NCBI GenBank assembly: GCA_963709505.1
Contig: CAVPXC010000033.1
Location: 9,289-73,288 of the forward strand
Reading direction: 5' to 3'
Length of the DNA stretch: 64,000 nt
From: an uncultured Chloroflexia bacterium
GTDB lineage: Bacteria > Chloroflexota > Anaerolineae > JAAEKA01
In this document: positions 1 through 9,598 of the stretch, in pieces
Layout of the letters: each line of letters starts with the position of its first letter
Numbering within the stretch: the stretch's first letter is position 1
The notes under the pieces: generated by a model
What the model was told of the DNA's origin: nothing
Databases searched by the model: none
Seen by the model: only the letters and a program-made list of their open reading frames with translations
Made by a program: the position numbers and the translations under genes

Positions 1-627
1 ACCATGGTAGCCGTGCCGCTGTTGCTGATCGGCAATCCCTTTCCTGTGCTTGTGTGGGGCCTGCCTAAACGCACCCGGCGTGGCGTGAGTGGGCTACTCA
101 ACGAACGCTCGACGTTTCGCAAGGTCTTGGCCAAGATCACCTCGCCCGGCATCGTCTGGCTGCTGTATGTCAGCGTGCTGATCGGCTGGCACGATCCCAA
201 GATGTACGACCTGGCGCTGCGCAACCAGTTCGTGCACGATATCGAGCACTTATGCTTCTTCGTTACGACGATGCTGCTGTGGTGGCACGTGCTGGGCGTC
301 GCCCCGCGCTTCCACCGCACGATGAGCGTCGGCCAGCGGCTGATCTACACGATCTCGGTGGTGCCGGTCAGCGTGATCATCGGCGTGGCGATTGCCTTCG
401 CCACAGACCCGATCTACACCTACTACCTGGACGTGCCGCGGCTGATGGGCCTCTCGGTGCTGGAAGACCAAATGATCAGCGGCATCCTGATGTGGATCCC
501 CGGCAGCGAGATGTTCTTCTGGGCTGCGCTGATCGTCCTGACCCAAATCGTCAAAGAGGACGAGAAGAAAAAGGCCGAGAGCCGTGCGGCATGGACAGTG
601 GACGAGTCCGTGGCGGTAAGCCAATGA
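1..627 (+). CDS. ctaG: Cytochrome c oxidase assembly factor CtaG (Caa3_CtaG-type membrane protein), 5' end outside window
   Basis: Frame is open from base 1 to TGA 625-627. Polytopic membrane protein with HDIEHLCFF and ILMWIPGSEMFF segments, as recalled for Bacillus-type CtaG. SURF1 and ctaB are neighbours. Confidence 0.7.
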   Translation, partial: TMVAVPLLLIGNPFPVLVWGLPKRTRRGVSGLLNERSTFRKVLAKITSPGIVWLLYVSVLIGWHDPKMYDLALRNQFVHDIEHLCFFVTTMLLWWHVLGVAPRFHRTMSVGQRLIYTISVVPVSVIIGVAIAFATDPIYTYYLDVPRLMGLSVLEDQMISGILMWIPGSEMFFWAALIVLTQIVKEDEKKKAESRAAWTVDESVAVSQ

Positions 628-1145
628 TCCGGCGTCACGCAGGCCGATGTCTTCTGCTGCTAACGCTGCTGGTTCTGCTGCCAACCTCGACTACCCTGGC
701 CCACGGCGGCGGCACACCGCAGCTGATCCAGGCGCCGGCCGGGCCGTACGAAGTCTACGCCTGGACCAACCCAACACCGGTGCGGGTGGGCACGCTACAC
801 GTGACGGTAGCACTGACGGACCCGGCCTCTGGCGAGCCTGTCCTGGACGTGCCGGTGGAAGTGATTGCATCGCCGGCAGGCGGCGCTCCCATAGCGTCGC
901 CCGCCACGCACGACCAGGCAACCATCAAAAGCTACTACGAAACCGACCTGGAGATCCCCAGCGAGGGCCCCTGGCAGGTGACGATTTCCTTCCAAGCGCC
1001 GCAGGGACCGGGCGAGGCGAGCTTTGGCGTCGACGTACAGCCTCGGTCGTTCACCAACTGGCTGGTAATCGGCATCGCCGGATTGGTCCTGATCGTGGCC
1101 GGCTGGTTCTTCTGGCCGAAAAAGAAAACTGCTTCGACACCATGA
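624..1145 (+). CDS. Secreted, C-terminally membrane-anchored protein of unknown function (mature N-terminus HGGG)
   Basis: ATG 624 overlaps the ctaG stop (ATGA). Signal peptide LLLLTLLVLLPTSTTLA-HGGG, a beta-rich body, and a C-terminal TM followed by KKK. Confidence 0.55.
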   Translation: MIRRHAGRCLLLLTLLVLLPTSTTLAHGGGTPQLIQAPAGPYEVYAWTNPTPVRVGTLHVTVALTDPASGEPVLDVPVEVIASPAGGAPIASPATHDQATIKSYYETDLEIPSEGPWQVTISFQAPQGPGEASFGVDVQPRSFTNWLVIGIAGLVLIVAGWFFWPKKKTASTP

Positions 1146-1279
1146 CAACCCGAAATCTGCTTTAGAAATGCCCGAACAAGTTCGGGAGTCCGCAGTGTTC
1201 GCCGGACTCCTCGACTTGTCGAGGGATTCTCAACGATTGATATGCGCCCAGCGCGTAGATATCCAATCAAAGAACAACC

Positions 1280-2122
1280 ATGCTAAAAACGCTTTTTAGC
1301 CGCAAATACATCTTGATGACCCTGTTCGTCGTCGCGGCCATGGCCGTGATGGCCCGGCTGGGCGTGTGGCAGCTTGATCGACGCCAGCAGCGCATCGCGC
1401 GCAACGCCGACCTGGTGGCCAAGCTCGAGGCTGCGCCGGCCTCGATGAACGAGGCGGCGCTGGCGGCGACGTGGCCATTGCCCGAAGACCGCGACGCCGT
1501 CCGCAACATCCGGGCCGAAGCCACCGGGCAGTTCGACTTCGACCAGCAGATCCTGCTCTTGCAGCAGAGCTATCAGGACCAACCGGGTGTTCACCTCGTA
1601 GCGCCTTTGGTGCTGGCAGGAACGAACAAAGCCATCCTGGTCGACCGTGGCTGGATTCCCTTTGAGGACTCTCAGACCGAGCGCTGGCGCCAGTACAACA
1701 CGGAGAGCGGCGAGGTCACGATTGCTGGCAGGCTGCAGCCTTCGCAGATCCTCTTCGGCAGTGCGGCGGAGAAGGCAAAGGAAAGCGCGGCCGCCGAGGC
1801 AGCCAAGGCTGAATGGTATCGAGTCGACGTTGAAGCGATCCAAAACCAGATGCCCTACGAGCTGCTACCGGTGTTTCTGCTGCAATCGCCCGGCCCGCAG
1901 GGTAACGTCGCCTTGCCCTACCGCATCGAACCGGAGGTCGACCTATCCGAAGGGCCGCACATGGGCTATGCGCTGCAGTGGTTTGCCTTTGCGATCATCG
2001 CCGGCCTGGTGTATGTCGGCGTTGTGCGGTCGAGAGAAAAGAAGGCAAAGGCCGATGCCCAGACCGAGGATACCGGACAGCCGGCGCCGGCGATTGCTAA
2101 GCATCCCGAGGCCGCCAAGTGA
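1280..2122 (+). CDS. SURF1 family cytochrome oxidase biogenesis protein
   Basis: N-terminal TM plus GVWQLDRRQQ, GWIP, and a C-terminal GPHMGYALQWFAFA TM. This is the classic SURF1 layout. Confidence 0.85.
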   Translation: MLKTLFSRKYILMTLFVVAAMAVMARLGVWQLDRRQQRIARNADLVAKLEAAPASMNEAALAATWPLPEDRDAVRNIRAEATGQFDFDQQILLLQQSYQDQPGVHLVAPLVLAGTNKAILVDRGWIPFEDSQTERWRQYNTESGEVTIAGRLQPSQILFGSAAEKAKESAAAEAAKAEWYRVDVEAIQNQMPYELLPVFLLQSPGPQGNVALPYRIEPEVDLSEGPHMGYALQWFAFAIIAGLVYVGVVRSREKKAKADAQTEDTGQPAPAIAKHPEAAK

Positions 2123-2201
2123 AAGTCCGCATGCCGCATGGTACGCCACGGTATTTTGTGGGGCGTGAGGCATCTGCTACAATCATAAGGCATGAAAGCG
2201 C

Positions 2202-2235
2202 AGATTGGACCTTTCTCGGAAGAAAGGTCCAATCT
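2202..2235. repeat. GGACC-family hairpin (AGATTGGACCTTTCT-CGGA-AGAAAGGTCCAATCT)
   Basis: Perfect 15-bp stem read directly from the sequence. The same family recurs at seven other sites in the window. Confidence 0.9.
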
Positions 2236-2257
2236 AGACCGTAAGGCTAACTCTCTG

Positions 2258-2686
2258 ATGATCAGAACTAGCAACATTGAACGACGGATCGGATTCCTGC
2301 TGCTGCTGAGCCTGATCATCACAAGCAGCGTCCTGGCAGGGTGCCAACGTGCCAGCCGGCAAAACCAAACCGACCAGGCGCCAGACGTGACCGTTACGTT
2401 GAACGTCGAGCCTAGTCCGCCGGTGGTGGGCAAAGCCCGAGTGGTCGTGCAGCTAGCCGATGCTGCCGGAAAGCCGATTGAAGGCGCTACGATAGACCTC
2501 CGCGGCGACATGTCACACGCCGGAATGCAGCCGGTGATGGCGACTGCCACCGCTGGCGCAGCCGGCAGCTACCCGGCCGACTTCGAATGGACCATGGCCG
2601 GCGATTGGATTGTCACAGTCACTGCCGCCCTGCCCGACGGGCGTACGGCAACCCGCCAGTTCGATCTGACCGTACAGAAGCCCTAG
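2258..2686 (+). CDS. YtkA-like domain lipoprotein
   Basis: ATG 2258 lies downstream of the hairpin. Lipobox LAGC. DMSHAGM motif and an Ig-like beta pattern, paralogous to 33886..34296. Confidence 0.6.
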   Translation: MIRTSNIERRIGFLLLLSLIITSSVLAGCQRASRQNQTDQAPDVTVTLNVEPSPPVVGKARVVVQLADAAGKPIEGATIDLRGDMSHAGMQPVMATATAGAAGSYPADFEWTMAGDWIVTVTAALPDGRTATRQFDLTVQKP

Positions 2687-2695
2687 AGGTCTCTG

Positions 2696-4143
2696 ATGGC
2701 TGCTAAGTCACCATCAAGCCAGGCCCTTTACCAACCAAAGATCCGATTCGACGTTTTGCACCTGCCCGGCCTGGGCCGGCTGCTGCGCTGGCGCTGGGGC
2801 CGGCTGATCTTCCAGGTCGCCGCTGCTGCTCCTGGCCCTGCTGATGATCTACGATGGGCTGACCGGGCCGCAGTTGGCGCCGCAGAACATCGCCACGGTG
2901 GCCGCCTGGGTGCACTACCGCGGTTTGGTGATCGTGGCCTTGCTGCTGGCCGGCAACCTGTTTTGCATGAGCTGCCCGTTCACCCTGCCGCGCACCTTGG
3001 CTCTCCGGCTGTCCGGTCGGGGCCGCAGGTGGCCGAAGGCCCTGCGCAGCAAATGGCTGGCCATCATCGCCCTGGTGGCCATGTTCTGGGCCTACGAGGT
3101 CTTCGACCTGTGGGCCAGCCCTTGGCTGACGGCCTGGGTGGTCATCGGCTATTTCGTCGCCGCGTTTGCGCTGGAGGCGATCTTCGCCGAGTCGCCGTTC
3201 TGCAAGTACGTCTGCCCGCTGGGCACGTTCAACTTCGTCGCCTCGACGATCTCGCCCTTGCAGATCACGGCCCGCAGCCAGGACGTGTGCCGGTCGTGCG
3301 TCGGCAAAGAATGCGTTCAACGGCAGCGGCACAGGTGCTCGGCTGCGGCACCGAGCTGTTCGTGCCGCAGGTCAAGAGCAACCTGGATTGTGTCTTCTGT
3401 CTCGACTGCGCCCGGGCCTGCCCGCACGACAACGTGGCGCTGGCAGTTCGCAAGCCGCTGGTCGAACTCAGCGGCAGCGCGTGGCCCCGGCGCTGGGACG
3501 TGGCCTTCCTGGCCCTGGTCTTCGCCTTCGCCGCCCTGGGCAACGCCTTCGGCATGGTGCCGCCGGTGTATGCGCTCGAGGCCAAGCTGTCGGAGTGGCT
3601 CGGTACCGGCAGCGAGGCGCTGATCCTGCTCGTGATCTTCGGCGTGACGATGCTGGCGCTGCCAGCGGCGCTGGGCATCGGAGCGGCTTGGCTGAGCCGG
3701 CGGCTAGCCGGCGATCGCAGGAACGAGCCCCTGCGGATCGTTCTGGCCCGCTATGCGCCTACCGTCGTGCCGCTGGGCTTCGGCATCTGGTTCGCACACT
3801 ACTGGTTCCATTTCGCCAGCGGCGCGCTGACCATCGTGCCGGTCTTGCAGAGCTTTCTGCTCGACCACGGCATCGCCCTGCTTGGCGCCAAGCCAGCCTG
3901 GTCGCTCAGCGCCATCTTGCCTGGTGATTGGCTGATCGTCCTGGAGCTGGTTCGGTGCTGATCGGCTTCCTGGCCAGCCTGGTCGTTCTCCGCCGCCAGG
4001 CGACCGCCGCCACCGGCGACGAGCGCACGGCCAGGCGGGTCATGCTGCCCTGGCTGGCGTTGCTGCTCTTCCTGGCGATCGCGGCGGTCATGATCTTCAT
4101 GCTGCCCATGGAAATGCGCGGCGCACCCGGGTTTACAGGCTAA
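2696..4143 (+). pseudogene. NapH/CcoG-like 4Fe-4S membrane protein, interrupted by at least 3 frameshifts
   Basis: The coherent protein is split over frames 2696, 2844, 2696 and 3928. Motifs: CMSCP, FCKYVCPLG, CVFCLDCARACP. The C-terminal TM pair in ORF 3928..4143 matches the tail of the intact paralogue 41382..42776. Shifts are near 2819, 3315-3345 and 3950. Confidence 0.6.
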
Positions 4144-4144
4144 C

Positions 4145-4247
4145 CAATTGTGAATTGTGAATTGTCAATTGACAATTGCTAATTACTCGGAAGCCTCCGG
4201 ATCCGCCATTAACCATTGACAATTGACAATTCACAATTCACAATTAC
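4145..4247. repeat. Inverted pair of heptamer arrays (GTGAATT / AATTCAC family)
   Basis: The left arm (aattgtgaattgtgaattgtcaattgacaattg) and right arm (caattgacaattgacaattcacaattcacaatt) are reverse complements around a small CGGA/TCCG hairpin. Confidence 0.9.
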
Positions 4248-4295
4248 CTCCGTCATTCGTTGTCGCATTCGTTGTGATATTCCTCAGGAGCATTC

Positions 4296-5261
4296 ATGGC
4301 CCTCACAAACAAGTCGAAGCGCTATCCCGTACCAGTGGATGCAGTCGCGGCCGAAATCACCGCATCGACGCCGGCGATCCAGGAAAAGCCCCAGGCGTCG
4401 GTCTTCAAGACCCTGATGGTGCTGTTCAAGGCGCGCGTGGTCAGCCTGCTGTTGATTGCGGCCCTGGGTGGCGCGTTTATCGGCGCAGGCAGTTGGCCCG
4501 GCTGGAACGTGCTGGCGCTGACCCTGTTCAGCGGCTGGCTGGCGGCGTCGGGCGCGTCGGCTCTCAACCAATATATCGAGCGCAAATCCGACGGCACGAT
4601 GGTCCGCACCCGCCATCGCCCGCTGGTGGACGGTACGATCCCGAACCCGAAATGGGTGCCGTGGGTCGGCATCAGCATGATTGCGGCTGCCGTGTTGTGG
4701 ACGTGGACCTTCAACCGCTGGCTCGCAATCTGGCTGGCAGCGGGCGCGTTCATCTACGTCGTGGTCTACACGATCTGGCTCAAGCCGCGCACGCCGCTGA
4801 ACATCGTCATCGGCGGCTTCGCGGGAAGCGCGGCTGTGCTCAGCGGTGCGGCAGCGGCCGGCCATTGGAACGCCCCCGGCGCGCTGGTGCTGGCCTTGTT
4901 GCTCTTCCTGTGGACGCCCACCCATTTCTGGAGCCTGGCGATCGTCTATCGCAACGACTACGCACGCAGCAGCACCCCCATGCTGCCGGTGATGGTCAGC
5001 CCCCGAAAGGCGGCCTTTTGGGTCCTCCTACACACTGCGGCGACAGGCTTTGCGGCTTTGATGCTGGCCTTCGACCCTGCGCTCGGCCTGATCTACCTGA
5101 TTCCGGTGGCCCTGGCGACGCTGGATATGATCATCCGCAACCTACGGCTGTTGCGCACGCCCACCGCCAAGAACGCCCGCTCGTTGTTCATCGCCTCCAA
5201 CATGTATCTGGCGATCGTGTTGGTGATGTTGTGTATCGACGTGGTGATCACATCGTTCTAG
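4296..5261 (+). CDS. ctaB: Protoheme IX farnesyltransferase (heme O synthase)
   Basis: UbiA-type polytopic protein with NQYIERKSD, MVRTRHRP and TPTHFWSLA motifs. Confidence 0.9.
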   Translation: MALTNKSKRYPVPVDAVAAEITASTPAIQEKPQASVFKTLMVLFKARVVSLLLIAALGGAFIGAGSWPGWNVLALTLFSGWLAASGASALNQYIERKSDGTMVRTRHRPLVDGTIPNPKWVPWVGISMIAAAVLWTWTFNRWLAIWLAAGAFIYVVVYTIWLKPRTPLNIVIGGFAGSAAVLSGAAAAGHWNAPGALVLALLLFLWTPTHFWSLAIVYRNDYARSSTPMLPVMVSPRKAAFWVLLHTAATGFAALMLAFDPALGLIYLIPVALATLDMIIRNLRLLRTPTAKNARSLFIASNMYLAIVLVMLCIDVVITSF

Positions 5262-5343
5262 AGATTGGACCTTTCTTCGGAGAAAGGTCCAATCTGGTTT
5301 TGAAACGCGAGATCGGACCTTTCTCGGAAGAAAGGTCCGATCT
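5262..5343. repeat. Two tandem GGACC-family hairpins between convergent ctaB and a bactofilin gene
   Basis: 5262-5295 and 5310-5343 each form a perfect 15-bp stem with a TCGG or CGGA loop. They are probably a bidirectional terminator. Confidence 0.85.
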
Positions 5344-5361
5344 TTTGGCTCGATCATGGAA

Positions 5362-5829
5362 TCAATCCGGCTCTTCCGGCTCCCCATCATCAGGAGATTG
5401 AGGCTCGACGGCTGGCAGGTAGGACCGCCAATCTTCGACGGTTGCCGGGGCCGCACGTGGCGGTTCGACTCTCGTCCCGTCGGCCTTCGTCATGTGGAAC
5501 TCGCCGTTGTAGAAGCCGCCTTCTTGCACGATCAACCGGCTGGCCGTTACCGTGGCCTCTACCTGGCCTGTGGGTGTGATCTTGAAGATGTCCTGACAGG
5601 TAACCTCGCCTTCCAGCTCGCCGGCGACGGTAACATTGCTGGCAGTTACCTTAGCCTTGACACGGGCGCCTTGCTCCACAATCAGCGTTCCCTGGCAATG
5701 GATCTCGCCTTCGGCTTGTCCTTCTACTCTCAGATTCTGTTCGGTTTTGTAGAGACCGTCGAAGTGGGAGTCGCGGTCCACTAAACTCTCGCTGTTGGTG
5801 CGTTCACCTGCGGGTATTGTCGTCGCCAT
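5362..5829 (-). CDS. Bactofilin (polymer-forming cytoskeletal protein)
   Basis: Repetitive beta-helix pattern (G.L.V.....V.G.V.A..V.V.G...G.V) with an acidic, proline-rich tail. Confidence 0.8.
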   Translation of the reverse strand: MATTIPAGERTNSESLVDRDSHFDGLYKTEQNLRVEGQAEGEIHCQGTLIVEQGARVKAKVTASNVTVAGELEGEVTCQDIFKITPTGQVEATVTASRLIVQEGGFYNGEFHMTKADGTRVEPPRAAPATVEDWRSYLPAVEPQSPDDGEPEEPD

Positions 5830-5834
5830 GGCCG

Positions 5835-6350
5835 TTACCTCCTATCGTGCGACATGATGAAGCGACAGTTCACTGTCGACCCTTCCTCTACGACCAGGAT
5901 GCGGGTATTGATCTCGCCTGCGATGCTGCCCGTCGGGGTAACGTGGAATTGGCCCTGACAGACGGCTTCGCCGTCGAACGACCCTGACACGATCACATTC
6001 TCCGCCAGCAGCTGACCCTTAGCTTGGGCGTCCTTTTGGACCAGAATGGTTTCCTTGGCCTCCATCTCTCCCTCGAATGAGCCCTCGATCAGCACGTTGC
6101 CTTGAGAATGCAGAGTGCCTTGCAGCCGGCTGTTTCCGTCCAACACGGCAGCAGCATCGCGGGACAAGCTGGGAACCATCGATTTCGGCTGGGGCGGAGT
6201 CAGAGAGGGCGAAGGAGCAGCCATCACAGGGGGTGGGGGTGGCTCAGGTTGTGAGCCAGGCTTGATTACCATATCCGTAGTGGAGAGTGATCGTGGGTTC
6301 GACAGGGAGGGCTGTGGTGGCTGGTCGCCTTCACGTTTGAATATGCTCAT
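5835..6350 (-). CDS. Bactofilin with a Pro-rich N-terminal extension
   Basis: Start MSIFKRE at 6350 is preceded by GGAGG. The bactofilin core reads LQGTLHSQGNVLIEGSFEGE. The upstream part of ORF 5835..6548 looks non-coding. Confidence 0.75.
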   Translation of the reverse strand: MSIFKREGDQPPQPSLSNPRSLSTTDMVIKPGSQPEPPPPPVMAAPSPSLTPPQPKSMVPSLSRDAAAVLDGNSRLQGTLHSQGNVLIEGSFEGEMEAKETILVQKDAQAKGQLLAENVIVSGSFDGEAVCQGQFHVTPTGSIAGEINTRILVVEEGSTVNCRFIMSHDRR

Positions 6351-6606
6351 GGATACGACCTCCTTGAAGACCGAAAGCGTTTCACGTGAGTCACCTACGC
6401 AGTATACCATGACACTGTAAGTGAAATCTATGCAGCTTCCCCATGCCAATTCAACGGATTCACTACGCAATGCACACGTGGAAGGAGTTTGCGACCCGAA
6501 CAGGCCTGTTTGTTGCCAGCAGGACTTCCACAAAACGGGTCTCGACATCGGTGGATTGATTGGCGGTTAGAAACTCGGCCCGTTTCACCCACCTATCTTG
6601 CGCGGA

Positions 6607-7224
6607 TCAAGTTTCCCCGAGGTCGAACAAAACTTGTCCATTGGTCAATTCGATCAGCTTGCGTTGCAGCGCTGCCGCTCGTTCTGCGGGGAGGCAGATG
6701 CGGTACGTAACGCCGACGTCGTATTCTTCTGCCACGAGCTCGGCCTCGAACTCCGGCAGCAGCCGCTGGAGGGGCGTAACCGCACCGTAATCGACTACGA
6801 TCAACAGCTCGACTTTAGGCACGTGCTGCGCCAGCGGCAACGTCTCCAACGCCAGCTTGACTCCGCCGCTGTAGGCACGCACCAGGCCGCCCTTACCCAA
6901 CAGAGTGCCCCCGAAATAGCGAGTGACCACTGCGGTAATATCCCCGATGCCGGCGTGCTCTAACACCGTGGCCATCGGCTTGCCGGCCGTGCCGTGCGGC
7001 TCGCCGTCGTCGCTGTAGCCCATCTGGCCGGTGCTGCCGGGTGGACCGATAAGATGCGCCCAGCAGTTGTGGGTAGCATCGGCGAATTCAACGCGAACCT
7101 GGCCGATGAATAAACGCGCCGCTTCCACCGTCGGCGTGTAGCCGACGGTGGTGATAAAGCGACTGCGATTGATCTCCTCCTCGACGCGATGAAGGCCGGC
7201 CGGGATCGGATAGCGAACGGTCAT
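6607..7224 (-). CDS. yigZ: YigZ / IMPACT family protein
   Basis: KSRFI-like [25 protein letters not shown] and RYFGG motifs. Confidence 0.8.
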   Translation of the reverse strand: MTVRYPIPAGLHRVEEEINRSRFITTVGYTPTVEAARLFIGQVRVEFADATHNCWAHLIGPPGSTGQMGYSDDGEPHGTAGKPMATVLEHAGIGDITAVVTRYFGGTLLGKGGLVRAYSGGVKLALETLPLAQHVPKVELLIVVDYGAVTPLQRLLPEFEAELVAEEYDVGVTYRICLPAERAAALQRKLIELTNGQVLFDLGET

Positions 7225-7490
7225 TTCGCCCAGAACGCGTCCGCCTCTTCTTCCAGCTCTTTCAGCCGTGTGTAGTAATCCGGGAACTCCTTGAGATGCG
7301 CCCAGGCGATCTTGCCCGTCAGTAACGGGTCATTGCCGGTGACGTTGGTCTCCGGGTCGCGCAGGCCATGCTCCAGCTCGACGTTGATCCCCATCGTGAA
7401 CTGCTCGACGTCAAAGGTGTTCCAGGCGATACCCAAAGCGTCGCCAATTTGCTTGGCTTCCTCGGCGGTGAATTGCTTCTTCTCAGCCAT
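7221..7490 (-). CDS. Small conserved protein (DUF5661-like)
   Basis: Start MAEKKQF at 7490. ATGA overlap with the yigZ start. Family assignment is from memory only. Confidence 0.5.
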   Translation of the reverse strand: MAEKKQFTAEEAKQIGDALGIAWNTFDVEQFTMGINVELEHGLRDPETNVTGNDPLLTGKIAWAHLKEFPDYYTRLKELEEEADAFWAK

Positions 7491-7733
7491 TGTTTGATCC
7501 TTTCCTGTCGCCCGCAACCAACTTCGTAAATTCGCCCCGAATTCCTGGGTCCAATGTTACGAAGCTATTGTAGGGCAGGTCGATTCGGTTATTGGTCGCC
7601 AGCGGACCGGCGACCGTTCTGCCCCCAGTATATCACATTTTCGTGCCGAACATCACAAGCGCTTTGTTAGGAATCTGACTGCCGGTTACCGAACTCAATG
7701 GTTTAATGCCATCACAACGCGTTAGCAGCACGC

Positions 7734-7765
7734 GATCGGTCCGGTCTTCGGCGACCGGACCGATC
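7734..7765. repeat. GGACC-family hairpin variant (GATCGGTCCGGTC..GACCGGACCGATC)
   Basis: 13-bp perfect stem read directly from the sequence. Confidence 0.8.
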
Positions 7766-7785
7766 TGAGAATCGAGAGACCCTTC

Positions 7786-8766
7786 GTGAAGCAATTCATT
7801 CACTCCACCCTACACCCGGACAACTATCACGGCCACGGCAAGAAGCCTCCCTTTTTCGAGGGCTGGTACTACAAGCTGGTCAACGCCGACGAAACCCGGC
7901 GCTACGCGATCATCCCCGGCGTCAGCCTGAGCGGCGATGCGCACGCCTTCGTTCAGGTGCTTGACGGCGCCACCGGCCACTCGGCCTATCATCCCTACCC
8001 ACTGGCGGACTTCTGGGCCTCGGAGAAGGACTTTGAAGTGCGGATCGGGCCGAACCTGTTCACCCGCGAGCGCATCGTGTTGGACATCAACCAGCCGGAG
8101 GGGCAGGTGCACGGCGAGCTGCGCTTTCTCGGAGTGACGCCCTGGCCGGTCTCGCCGACCTCGCCCGGCATCATGGGTTGGTACGCCTGGATGCCCAAGA
8201 TGGAATGCTACCACGGCGTGGTCAGCCTGAACCACACCATCGTCGGCAGGCTGCGCATCGACGGACAAGACGCTGATTTCGGCGGCGGTCTGGGGTACAT
8301 CGAGAAGGATTGGGGTAAAGCCTTTCCCGCGGCCTGGGTCTGGTTTCAAACCAATCACTTCGACGCGGCCAACACCTGCATCACAGCCTCAGTGGCGATC
8401 ATCCCCTGGGTACGGCAATCCTTCCCCGGCTTTATTATCGGTTTGTGGCACAACCGGCTGCTCTACCGTTTCGCCAGCTACACCGGCGCCAGGATCGAAC
8501 GGCTGGATATCACCGACGACCACGTCACTTGGAACGTACACAGCCGAAGCTATCGGATGGAGATGGTGGCAAGTCGCGCCGAAGGTGGCTTGCTGGCCGG
8601 CCCCACCCGGCAAGATATGAGCAAACGTGTGGACGAGACCCTAAACGCTACGGTGGACGTGCGCTTGAGCACAGGCAGCGGCCAGGTGCTGTTCAGCGGC
8701 CGCGGCCGCCACGGCGGGCTGGAGGTGCACGGTGAGTTGGAGCGGCTGATAGTCTCGCAGGGCTAG
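7786..8766 (+). CDS. Tocopherol cyclase family protein
   Basis: GTG start. N-terminal HGHGKKPPFFEGWYYKL resembles the conserved FFEGWYF(K/R) block of VTE1/Slr1737-type cyclases. Confidence 0.6.
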   Translation: MKQFIHSTLHPDNYHGHGKKPPFFEGWYYKLVNADETRRYAIIPGVSLSGDAHAFVQVLDGATGHSAYHPYPLADFWASEKDFEVRIGPNLFTRERIVLDINQPEGQVHGELRFLGVTPWPVSPTSPGIMGWYAWMPKMECYHGVVSLNHTIVGRLRIDGQDADFGGGLGYIEKDWGKAFPAAWVWFQTNHFDAANTCITASVAIIPWVRQSFPGFIIGLWHNRLLYRFASYTGARIERLDITDDHVTWNVHSRSYRMEMVASRAEGGLLAGPTRQDMSKRVDETLNATVDVRLSTGSGQVLFSGRGRHGGLEVHGELERLIVSQG

Positions 8767-8775
8767 TATTGTCCT

Positions 8776-8849
8776 TGTCATGCTGAGGGCCGCCGAAGCA
8801 TCTCGGCGTGGATGCAAACGGAGATCCTTCGCCGAGCCTCAGGATGACA
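8776..8849. repeat. Imperfect palindrome of the GTCATCCTGAGG...CGAAGGATCTC family
   Basis: tgtcatgctgagggccgccgaagcatctc ... gagatccttcgccgagcctcaggatgaca. Confidence 0.8.
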
Positions 8850-8871
8850 GGTGCAACCATGCAAGAGGCGA

Positions 8872-9241
8872 TTAGTATCCAAGCGAGGCGATCTGCGCCT
8901 CACCCATGCCGAAGTGGTGGGCGATCTCGTGGACGACCGTCTTGCGCACCTGCTCGGCGATGGCTTCGGGTGTGGCGTAATACCGCGTGAGCGGGCCGCG
9001 GAAGATCGTAATGCGGTCAGGGGTAACCAGCCCGTAGTGGCTTGTACGCTGAGTTAACGGGACGCCCTGATACAAGCCGAATAACGTAGACCCTGGCGGC
9101 ACATTAGAGGATTCAAGCTGGGCGCGCGACGGCCACTCCTGAACCGTGAGCGCGACGTTTTCCATCCTGTCCAGAATCTGCGGGGGCAAGCGTGGACACG
9201 GCATCGACGACGAGATCCTCAAACTCTTCCCTACTGACCAT
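8872..9241 (-). pseudogene. Zincin-like metallopeptidase (DUF1025 / Zincin_1) with an apparent +1 frameshift
   Basis: MVSREEFEDLVVDAVSTL in one frame joins PPQILDRMENVALTVQEWPS...VVHEIAHHFG in the next. Length 370 nt is 3n+1. The shift is at about 9187, beside a C5/G5 run. Confidence 0.65.
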
Positions 9242-9442
9242 CGCACATCACCTCTATTCTTCCACACGCTCGCGACCAACCGACGCCAAATCCGTACAGC
9301 CCAAGAGGCAAAGCCGCTGCATTATACCGACCTGAGCCAAAAGTGACAACGTTTCGAGTCAACCGGTGTTATAAACTCATGAACTCAACCGATCTGGCAT
9401 CAACTGTCACGTCGAGTGCTCTGTTAAGTTAGATTTTATACC

Positions 9443-9516
9443 GTGTCATCCTGAGGCTCGGCGAAGGATCTCGGCCTTGGTGCGTCGAGATCCTTCGCCG
9501 AGCCTCAGGATAACAC
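9443..9516. repeat. 31-bp-arm palindrome, GTCATCCTGAGGCTCGGCGAAGGATCTCG family
   Basis: The arms are 9443-9473 and 9486-9516, with one mismatch. Confidence 0.9.
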
Positions 9517-9598
9517 TCACAGTTTTCAACCTAACAGAGCATTGAGTGCAAGCGACGATCCAAGATCAACTTCACACTAAGAGGAGAATGACAACAAC

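Noticed and set aside
3928-4143. An independent 71-aa membrane ORF.
   Set aside because: Its two TM helices correspond to the C-terminal TM pair of the intact paralogue 41382..42776. It is therefore treated as the frameshifted tail of pseudogene 2696..4143.
5362-6350. The tandem bactofilin genes as something unusual.
   Set aside because: Paired bactofilin paralogues are common, and nothing atypical was seen beyond a Pro-rich N-terminal extension.
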